From a virus (taxonomy: Duplodnaviria > Caudoviricetes), in IMG/VR virus record IMGVR_UViG_3300042516_001102, positions 1 through 24,242 of that record: 24,242 bases of DNA. One strand, written 5' to 3'. Shown piece by piece: positions 17,646-24,242 of the stretch. How positions within the stretch are numbered: position 1 is the stretch's first letter; the number at the start of each line of letters is the position of its first letter. The notes below the pieces were generated by a model. It ran no database searches. It saw only the letters and a program-made list of their open reading frames with translations, and was not told the DNA's origin. Made by a program: the position numbers and the translations under genes.

Positions 17646-17705
17646 ATTGAAAGTGCCAATAGTGGGCTTTCAATTTTAACTTGCTTAACAAAAGGAGATA
17701 AAATG
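17646..17705 (+). promoter_or_regulatory. ROSE-like RNA thermometer in the hsp20 5' UTR
   Basis: 5' hairpin ATTGAAAG/CTTTCAAT, then CTTGCTT (17680-17686) pairing with the SD AAGGAG (17692-17697) around a bulged G. Confidence 0.65.
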
Positions 17706-18155
17706 ACTAATAGACAATTAAGCATATTCAATCAACTAAGACCTTTATCCATAGGTTTTGATAATGTATTCAATCACTTTGAATCAATGTTAAATGATGA
17801 CTTTGGATTAAGAGTTCCAACAGTAAACTATCCACCATACAATATCGTAGAGACTTCAAAAAATAATTATGATATTGAAGTGGCTCTTGCTGGTTACAAC
17901 AAAAAAGATATTGATGTAACTTTTGAGAATGGACAGTTAACCATCAAATCTAAAAAATCTGATAAAGATGAAACTAAAGATAAAGATGGTAATACAATTT
18001 ATAAAGGTATTGCTAAAAGATACTTTGAACGATCTTTCACAATCGCTGATGATGTAGAAATCATAGGCGCTGAGTTAAAAGATGGGTTATTAAAGGTATC
18101 ATTAGAAAAGATTATACCTGAATCTAAAAAACGAAAAACTATTGATATTAAATAA
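17703..18155 (+). CDS. hsp20: Small heat shock protein Hsp20 (IbpA-like)
   Basis: SIGFD, NYPPYNIV, IEVALAGY, YKGIAKRYFERSFTIAD, AELKDGLLKVSLEKIIPE; true start at the ATG at 17703 after AAGGAG. Confidence 0.95.
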   Translation: MTNRQLSIFNQLRPLSIGFDNVFNHFESMLNDDFGLRVPTVNYPPYNIVETSKNNYDIEVALAGYNKKDIDVTFENGQLTIKSKKSDKDETKDKDGNTIYKGIAKRYFERSFTIADDVEIIGAELKDGLLKVSLEKIIPESKKRKTIDIK

Positions 18156-18174
18156 TTAATATATAGTTTTAAAT

Positions 18175-18211
18175 TAAAAGGGGTTGAAAGATTGACTTTT
18201 AGCCCCTTTTA
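18175..18211 (+). terminator. Terminator hairpin after hsp20 (likely bidirectional)
   Basis: TAAAAGGGGTTGAAAG / CTTTTAGCCCCTTTTA 16-bp stem with two G-U pairs, loop ATTGA. Confidence 0.75.
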
Positions 18212-18220
18212 TTATATAAT
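18192..18220 (+). promoter_or_regulatory. Sigma70 promoter TTGACT-N17-TATAAT overlapping the terminator
   Basis: TTGACT 18192-18197, TATAAT 18215-18220. Confidence 0.75.
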
Positions 18221-18251
18221 AGTATAAGTTACTAATTGAAAAAATTATATT

Positions 18252-19196
18252 ATGAATAAAGATGTAAAGATAAAGATACCAGTTGCTAAAGGTCTAGTTT
18301 ATATTAAAACTTTAGTAGCAAAAGTCACAGATATTAAAGCTGATTTAAATACTAGAAAATTAGAATTTTCCACTGTACATAAATTTCAAAAAGCCATAAG
18401 AGAAAAAACTTATAATGTAGAATTAAATACACCACCGTGTGTTACTGAAAACTTAGAATTAGTTTCTGGTAATCATAAGTATAATGCACACGTATTAGAA
18501 AACCAAGAATATATAATAGTTGCCTTAGTAAAATTTATAGACTTTGAAAATATGCCAGCTGAATACTGGCGATTAAATTGGACTTCAGTAGAAAACAATC
18601 CTGATAATGATACTTTTATCAGACTTCCTAGAACAGATGATCAAATAATACAGACTACATTAAATCAAATACAATCAAAATTAATTAATCCTACTGAAAC
18701 AGATGTCAAAAAATCTTTGAAAGATCAGCAAGTAACACCAGAAAGATTTAATTTTTTCATATCAGAAATATTACATAACACAAATAACAGTTCAACAATT
18801 TGTAAAGTTTATAATTCAGATCAAGTTGATGATTATATAAACGAAAATTTTAATATGATTGTATCTACACCCAAAAAAATAGAATTAAATACTGATGATA
18901 ATACAGTATATTTTAAACAACAATTTAAAAAAGAAAATGACGATAAAGATTATGATAATAGAGTATTTAATTCTTTTGTTAAGTCTCAATTAAAATATCC
19001 GTCTTGCAATGTTAACATAGTAGCTTATGTAGATAGTTGTAATCCTAATCACATTCTTGCAGTAAGAAATGCAAAATTAAAATTAATAGATAATAAAATA
19101 AACGAATTAAAACAATTTATCAAACTATATGATGAGAAAAAAGTAAAAGATTTACAGTTTACATTTTTACCACAATTACCTGATGAATTTAAATAA
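18252..19196 (+). CDS. Hypothetical protein, possible ParB/Srx-like N-terminal domain
   Basis: 314-aa ORF; PPCV...LELVSGNHKYNA resembles the ParB GxHR box (K in place of R). Confidence 0.55.
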   Translation: MNKDVKIKIPVAKGLVYIKTLVAKVTDIKADLNTRKLEFSTVHKFQKAIREKTYNVELNTPPCVTENLELVSGNHKYNAHVLENQEYIIVALVKFIDFENMPAEYWRLNWTSVENNPDNDTFIRLPRTDDQIIQTTLNQIQSKLINPTETDVKKSLKDQQVTPERFNFFISEILHNTNNSSTICKVYNSDQVDDYINENFNMIVSTPKKIELNTDDNTVYFKQQFKKENDDKDYDNRVFNSFVKSQLKYPSCNVNIVAYVDSCNPNHILAVRNAKLKLIDNKINELKQFIKLYDEKKVKDLQFTFLPQLPDEFK

Positions 19197-19782
19197 TATT
19201 AATATAATACCAAATAAAATACCTTCTATAAAAGCAGATATTTTTTTTGAAGAATTTAAACATAAAATACAACTGTACGATAAGTATAAATCACCTACAG
19301 ATAAAATAGCAGTTCAACAATCACTTCAACGATCTGCTTATGATCTTGCTTGTAAATACAGAATAACTTTATTTGCAAGTCATCAAGTTTTAAGTAAATA
19401 TCCCGAAGATTATAAAACAAATAAAAATTTAACAGATGATCATACGTTACGACCATCTTCTTATTTTTTTCAAATGATACTTTTACCAAAATATAGAGAA
19501 AAATATTTAGATAAAAACCTACTTATTAAAGTATTAAATATAATGACGATTTGTTGCAAAGTCTTAAAAGAAGAAAATCAAAAATTAAAATCATTTAATA
19601 GTAAATCACAATTACTTTGCACTACTAAAGAACTATATGAAAAAGCGGATATTAAAGTTTATAACTATCATAAAAACAAAATAGACCACAATCATTACAC
19701 ACCTGCTTTTGATTTATTACCTATTGAAGTACAAAAAGATATTACAGAATACGAAACCTTCTTAATAAGTCAAAATGCATAA
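19183..19782 (+). CDS. Hypothetical protein, weak HNH-like motif
   Basis: 199-aa ORF overlapping the previous gene; TDDHTLRP ... EENQKL pattern. Confidence 0.5.
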   Translation: MNLNNINIIPNKIPSIKADIFFEEFKHKIQLYDKYKSPTDKIAVQQSLQRSAYDLACKYRITLFASHQVLSKYPEDYKTNKNLTDDHTLRPSSYFFQMILLPKYREKYLDKNLLIKVLNIMTICCKVLKEENQKLKSFNSKSQLLCTTKELYEKADIKVYNYHKNKIDHNHYTPAFDLLPIEVQKDITEYETFLISQNA

Positions 19783-19786
19783 CGCC

Positions 19787-19815
19787 TTGACATTTTTTTT
19801 ATATTATGATATATT
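19787..19815 (+). promoter_or_regulatory. Sigma70 promoter TTGACA-N17-TATATT with extended -10 TG
   Basis: TTGACA 19787-19792, TG 19807-19808, TATATT 19810-19815; predicted +1 at the ATG at 19822. Confidence 0.75.
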
Positions 19816-19821
19816 GATAAT

Positions 19822-20082
19822 ATGAAATACAATGAAGATAAAATCTTAAAAGAAATCTCAGATTATATTAAGTCCACTTATGGCCAACACTATTCTGTTG
19901 GTACTGATGGCTTTCAAGTACAAGATTTATTTAAGACTTTAAACATTGGCAAAGATTTTTGTCACGCCAACGCAATTAAATATTTGTGTAGGTATGGTAA
20001 GAAGAATGGATATAATCGTGCTGACTTATTAAAGGCAGTACATTATGTTATATTATTATTAAACTATGATAAGGAGAAGTGA
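19822..20082 (+). CDS. DUF3310 family protein (T7 gp1.7-like nucleotide kinase family)
   Basis: QHY...FCHANAIKYLCRYGKKNG...DLLKAVHY signature. Confidence 0.8.
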   Translation: MKYNEDKILKEISDYIKSTYGQHYSVGTDGFQVQDLFKTLNIGKDFCHANAIKYLCRYGKKNGYNRADLLKAVHYVILLLNYDKEK

Positions 20083-20083
20083 A

Positions 20084-20749
20084 ATGAACCTAAGTACAGA
20101 TACACTTGCGATATTAAAAAACTTTTCAGAAATAAATCAAAATATTTTATTTAGACCTGGAAAGAAAATTAATACAATATCACAAGGTAAAAACATATTG
20201 GCAGAAGCAGACATAACAGAAAAATTTGAAGCAGAATTTGGTGTATATGATTTACCAGAATTTTTAAGAGCAGTTGAGTTATTTAATAAACCAGCTTTAA
20301 AATTTAACGGTGGAGAGTATGTAACAATTGCTGACGAAGCAACAAAACAAGCAATCAAATATTTCTTTTCAGATAAATCAGTAGTATTATCAGTATCAAA
20401 AGGTATTACTATGCCAGATAAAACTGTAGTGTTTACTTTAAAAAAAGATGACTATGCCAAATTACTAAAGGCGTGTAATACTTTAAATCTACCAGATGTC
20501 GCTGTTAAAGGTGATGGTAAGTCTATTAAAATAGTAGCAACAGATAAAAAGAACAAATCATCAAACGATTGGTCTTTAACTATAGGCGAAACAGATAAAA
20601 CGTTTACTGCATACTTTAGAGCAGAAAATTTTAAAATTATTAATGATGATTATGATGTATCTATATCAAAACAAAAAATCAGTCACTTTAATAATAGAAC
20701 AAAACCTATACAATATTGGATAGCATTAGAACCTGATTCTGAATTTTAA
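20084..20749 (+). CDS. gp45: Sliding clamp gp45
   Basis: MNLSTDTLAILKNFSEINQNI, FGVYDLPEFL, YWIALEPDS; SD AAGGAG at 20071-20076 places the start at 20084. Confidence 0.95.
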   Translation: MNLSTDTLAILKNFSEINQNILFRPGKKINTISQGKNILAEADITEKFEAEFGVYDLPEFLRAVELFNKPALKFNGGEYVTIADEATKQAIKYFFSDKSVVLSVSKGITMPDKTVVFTLKKDDYAKLLKACNTLNLPDVAVKGDGKSIKIVATDKKNKSSNDWSLTIGETDKTFTAYFRAENFKIINDDYDVSISKQKISHFNNRTKPIQYWIALEPDSEF

Positions 20750-20779
20750 TATTAACAACTAACAATAGGAGTTTATATT

Positions 20780-21724
20780 ATGTCAGATTTTTTATGGGTT
20801 GAGAAGTATCGACCAAAGAAAATACAAGATTGTATCTTATCAGAAGATTTAAAACAAACCTTCTTAGAGTTTGTTAAGAAAAAAGAAATATCCAATCTAT
20901 TATTATCAGGTACACCAGGTACAGGTAAGACAACTGTAGCACGTGCCTTATGTGAAGAAATAGGTGTTGATTACATTATCATAAATGGTTCAGATGAAGG
21001 TCGTTATATTGATACGTTAAGAAACAAAATTAAAAACTTTGCATCAACTGTATCATTAACGGCTTCAGCAAATCACAAAGTAATAATTATAGATGAGGCC
21101 GATTATATGAATGCCGAATCGGTACAGCCAGCATTAAGAAACTTTATTGAAACGTTTTTTAATAACTGTAGATTTATCTTTACTTGTAATTATAAAAACA
21201 AAATCATACCTGCCTTACAAAGTCGTTGTACTGTAATTGACTTTAGAATTGTCAATGGTCAAAAAGTTAAAACAGCTACACAATTTATGGATAGATTATC
21301 CATTATATTAAAAGATGAAAATGTTGACTTTGATAAAAAAGTATTGGCAGAAGTAATACAAAAATACTATCCAGACTTTAGAAGAACCATAAATGAATTA
21401 CAAAGATATTCAGTACGTGGTAAAATTGATAGTGGTATTCTTTTTAGTTTATCAGAACAAAATAACAAAGACCTTATTGTTAAGTTGAAAGATAAAGACT
21501 TTAATGGTATGAGAAAATGGGTTATACAAAACCTAGATAAAGAACCTAGTGCTTTGTTTACAAGTATCTATGACAATCTTTATGAACATTTAGAACCCAA
21601 ATCAATACCTCAAGCAGTATTAATTATTGCTGGCTATCAATACAAGGCTGCCTTTGTTGCTGACCAAGAAATTAATATGGTTGCTTGTTTAACTGAAATA
21701 ATGGCTGGGTGTAAATTCAAATGA
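20780..21724 (+). CDS. gp44: Clamp loader large subunit gp44
   Basis: LWVEKYRP, GTPGTGKT, IIIDEAD, LQSRC, YYPDFRR. Confidence 0.97.
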   Translation: MSDFLWVEKYRPKKIQDCILSEDLKQTFLEFVKKKEISNLLLSGTPGTGKTTVARALCEEIGVDYIIINGSDEGRYIDTLRNKIKNFASTVSLTASANHKVIIIDEADYMNAESVQPALRNFIETFFNNCRFIFTCNYKNKIIPALQSRCTVIDFRIVNGQKVKTATQFMDRLSIILKDENVDFDKKVLAEVIQKYYPDFRRTINELQRYSVRGKIDSGILFSLSEQNNKDLIVKLKDKDFNGMRKWVIQNLDKEPSALFTSIYDNLYEHLEPKSIPQAVLIIAGYQYKAAFVADQEINMVACLTEIMAGCKFK

Positions 21725-22113
21725 GTTACGAATTAAAAGATTATCTCAAAGCCATTAACGAAACAAAAGAACCACTATTAGACAGTGACGATTTGACGTG
21801 GGAAAAGAAGTTTCCACCCTACATTATAAATCGTTGTCTTTCTATGTTTTGGGATACACTAATGCCGGCCAACGAAATGAACGGTCTACACTTTCTACCT
21901 AAGAAGTTACAATTTCATTTTTTAATAAATAGTATCAGAAAAAAGAAGCGATTTGGTGGTAAGTGGTTATCACAAACCAAGTTAAAAGATTTAGAGTATG
22001 TAAAAGAGTATTATGGTTATAGTAATGAAAAGGCAAGAGAGGCCTTAACTATATTGACCAAAGAACAACTTGAACATATTAAGACAAAGTTATTTAAAGG
22101 TGGGAGAAATTAA
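21721..22113 (+). CDS. gp62: Clamp loader small subunit gp62
   Basis: PPYIINRCLS, ANEMN, VKEYYGYSNEKAREAL; follows gp44. Confidence 0.93.
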   Translation: MSYELKDYLKAINETKEPLLDSDDLTWEKKFPPYIINRCLSMFWDTLMPANEMNGLHFLPKKLQFHFLINSIRKKKRFGGKWLSQTKLKDLEYVKEYYGYSNEKAREALTILTKEQLEHIKTKLFKGGRN

Positions 22114-22547
22114 TGAGTGAGAGCATTAAGTGGTCAATAGAGGATATGTTAGAGGTAACAATCAAACAGCCTGATGACTTTTTGAAAGTAAGAGAAACAC
22201 TTACAAGAATAGGTGTAGCATCCAGGAAAGATAAGACATTATTTCAGTCTTGTCATATACTTCATAAACAAGGTAAATATTACATAGTACACTTTAAAGA
22301 GTTATTTGCTCTTGATGGTAAAAATGCTACGTTATCAGAAAACGATATTCAAAGAAGAAATACAATTGCAATTCTATTGCAAGATTGGGCTTTAATTGAT
22401 ATAGTTAAAAAAGAGGCAGCTGAAAACAAAGCACCTTTAAGTCAAATTAAAGTATTACCATTCAAAGAAAAAAAAGAATGGACACTATCAGCTAAATACA
22501 ATATTGGTAAAAAGATTACAAAAGATGATGAAACAAATGGTGAATAA
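22113..22547 (+). CDS. regA: Translational repressor RegA
   Basis: PDDFLKVRETLTRIGVAS, QSCHILHKQGKYYIVHFKELFALDG, RRNTIA. Confidence 0.97.
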   Translation: MSESIKWSIEDMLEVTIKQPDDFLKVRETLTRIGVASRKDKTLFQSCHILHKQGKYYIVHFKELFALDGKNATLSENDIQRRNTIAILLQDWALIDIVKKEAAENKAPLSQIKVLPFKEKKEWTLSAKYNIGKKITKDDETNGE

Positions 22548-24032
22548 ATGCAAGTACCTAAGTTTAAAGACTTTATAACAGAGGCTAAAAAGCCAAAAGA
22601 AAATAATATAACAGTTGTTGTTATAACTAAGGCATCGCCTAAAGTACGTCAGCAAAAGACTGGTATAAAAAAAACAAAAAAAGAAATCACAGTAAGTTTC
22701 TTACAAAGATCTTGTGAAAAAAGAAAAATACCTTTTTTTGTTATCAATACTAAACACTCAATCATTACAGACAAAGACGAAGAAAAAAATACATTAACCA
22801 TTTACAACTATGATGGCGATGACAACGAACATACGTTTGTAGGAAAAGATACTGTTGTTATAACACGTGCAGGTGCGATTGAAGATGAAGCAGGTCTTTC
22901 TTTAATATCAGCATTTCAAAACTCTGGTGCATTTATGTTAAACACTAGATCATCAATGTTAACTTGTGATAATAAACTTACGTCTGCTTTGTTATTTGAA
23001 AAGTTTAATATACCAACTCCTAAGACTGCATTTATATCAAATGAAAAAAATATAGATAACGCTTTAAAAATTGTAGGTAATAAGTTTCCAGTTATTGTAA
23101 AGACATTGACAGGTACACAAGGTATCGGTGTAGTTAAAGTAGATAGCTATGATTCATTGGTATCAGTAGTACAAGCGCTATTTAAACACGATGCTGAATT
23201 AATAATACAAGAATATATGCCAACTGATTCAGATGTAAGAACCTTTGTTGTAGACAATAAGATATTTGCTTGCACAAGACGTGTTAAAAAATCTGGAGAA
23301 TTTAGGTCAAACGTACATAGAGGTGCGATAGCAGAACCATATAAATTATCTGATGAAGAAATAGAAATAGTTTTAAGAACAGCACGTGCAACAAAAGCAT
23401 ATATCGTAGGTGTAGATCATATTATATTTAAAGATAAAATTTATGTATTAGAGGCAAATGGTTCACCAGGAACAGGTGCAGATTACGAAGGTTATCATTA
23501 TGAAGATTATGCTGACACACCCAACACAACAGGTCCAATTAAAGGTAAACAATTAGTTGATAATATTATTGATTATGTAAGTGATAGAGACAATTGGGAT
23601 CGTCAATCAATCATAGAGATTGGTTACATTGAAACAATAGAATTAAAAAGTGTAGGTTTAATTAGAGCTAAATTAGACACAGGTAATGGTGCAGAGGTTA
23701 GTGCATTACACGCTGAAGAAATAGAAATTAAAGATGGCAAAGTATTTTGGAAGTATAATGGTAAAAAACATACAAGTAAACTTGAACGCAAAGTAAAAAT
23801 TTTTAGAGCAAACGTAGATGACGACAAAGGCGAAGAAAGGCCAGTGGTTAAATTAGACTTAACGTTTAATGGGTTTGTTTATAAAGATGTAGAATTTGGT
23901 CTTGATGAAAGAATCAGATCACGTAATGACGTGTTGTTAAATAGAGATATGATAAGAAAATTTAACGCTTCGGTAAATCCAAACCGAGAGTTTGTGTTAA
24001 GTAGAAGAATCAAACCTATTGACAAAAAGTAA
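22548..24032 (+). CDS. rimK: RimK-family ATP-grasp ligase fused to a C-terminal RimB-like (retropepsin-like) protease
   Basis: CDNKL, FPVIVKTLTGTQGIGV, IIQEYMP, DVRTFVV, FRSNVHRG, GVDH, LEANGSPG; C-terminal RAKLDTGNG...SALHA...ERPVV...VLLNR. Confidence 0.88.
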   Translation: MQVPKFKDFITEAKKPKENNITVVVITKASPKVRQQKTGIKKTKKEITVSFLQRSCEKRKIPFFVINTKHSIITDKDEEKNTLTIYNYDGDDNEHTFVGKDTVVITRAGAIEDEAGLSLISAFQNSGAFMLNTRSSMLTCDNKLTSALLFEKFNIPTPKTAFISNEKNIDNALKIVGNKFPVIVKTLTGTQGIGVVKVDSYDSLVSVVQALFKHDAELIIQEYMPTDSDVRTFVVDNKIFACTRRVKKSGEFRSNVHRGAIAEPYKLSDEEIEIVLRTARATKAYIVGVDHIIFKDKIYVLEANGSPGTGADYEGYHYEDYADTPNTTGPIKGKQLVDNIIDYVSDRDNWDRQSIIEIGYIETIELKSVGLIRAKLDTGNGAEVSALHAEEIEIKDGKVFWKYNGKKHTSKLERKVKIFRANVDDDKGEERPVVKLDLTFNGFVYKDVEFGLDERIRSRNDVLLNRDMIRKFNASVNPNREFVLSRRIKPIDKK

Positions 24033-24047
24033 ATAATGTAATATAAT
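24019..24047 (+). promoter_or_regulatory. Consensus sigma70 promoter TTGACA-N17-TATAAT
   Basis: TTGACA 24019-24024, TATAAT 24042-24047; SD AAAGGA follows. Confidence 0.8.
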
Positions 24048-24064
24048 ACAATAAAGGATACATA

Positions 24065-24242
24065 ATGAGCAATTTGAAAATATTTAGACTATCAACAGGT
24101 GAAGATGTTATTGGTCAAAAGATTGATAACAACAATTCAGAAGTAACAGATATAAAACAACCATTTGTGATTGTACCAATGCAATCAAAACCAGGTGGAC
24201 CTGTTTCATTAGCACTAACACCATATATGCCTTATGCTGAAG
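24065..24242 (+). CDS. Conserved T4-like phage hypothetical protein (3' truncated; missing from the ORF track)
   Basis: ATG 24065 reads MSNLKIFRLSTGEDVIGQKIDNNNSEVTDIKQPFVIVPMQSKPGGPVSLALTPYMPYAE, open to the window end; has a promoter and SD. Confidence 0.8.
   Translation, partial: MSNLKIFRLSTGEDVIGQKIDNNNSEVTDIKQPFVIVPMQSKPGGPVSLALTPYMPYAE

Noticed and set aside
17625-17702. N-terminal extension of Hsp20 given by the ORF track, and similar extended starts at 5735, 6154, 11508, 12351 and 20066
   Set aside because: Downstream ATGs have SDs or stop-start overlaps and match family N-termini; the Hsp20 extension overlaps its promoter and 5' UTR
5297-23827. Short minus-strand ORFs (5297-5518, 9465-9653, 9793-10116, 11534-11815, 12566-12826, 16484-16696, 19295-19489, 20137-20358, 23624-23827) and the nested plus ORF 15342-15530
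   Set aside because: All lie within well-supported genes, lack motifs and are of a length expected by chance
1-24242. GGCC seeming frequent, as a possible methyltransferase target
   Set aside because: Only about a dozen sites noticed by eye; not clearly above expectation without a proper k-mer calculation
1-24242. Stop-codon reassignment, introns or inteins in core genes
   Set aside because: Core genes are full length in the standard code, all three stop codons end genes, and no unexplained insertions were seen in gp23, uvsW, gp46, gp47 or gp44

Overview
A 24 kb, strongly AT-rich, entirely plus-strand segment of a T4-like (Tevenvirinae/Kyanoviridae-like) myophage genome. It runs from the head module (gp21 end, gp22, gp23) through gp3, uvsY, uvsW, gp55, gp47, gp46 and an accessory block to the replication block (gp45, gp44, gp62, regA). 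The accessory block holds peptide deformylase, a SutA-like small protein, a C5 DNA methyltransferase, CobT/CobS-like VWA+AAA genes, ribosomal protein bS21, Hsp20, two unknown genes and DUF3310. Gene order and cargo resemble aquatic T4-like phages of SAR11/alphaproteobacterial hosts (inference). The most notable signal is an apparent translation-control system: (i) a RimK ligase-RimB-like protease fusion whose N-terminus resembles the T4 capsid-targeting sequence; (ii) bS21 with a hairpin-occluded perfect SD and a TTG start; (iii) five promoters positioned to give leaderless mRNAs; (iv) a multi-hairpin candidate ncRNA and a ROSE-like thermometer before hsp20. Also seen: an antisense sigma70 promoter divergent from gp55, IHF-like sites, and amidinotransferase and QueC-like genes inserted in the late region. 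All calls come from motif reading by eye; no database search was run.
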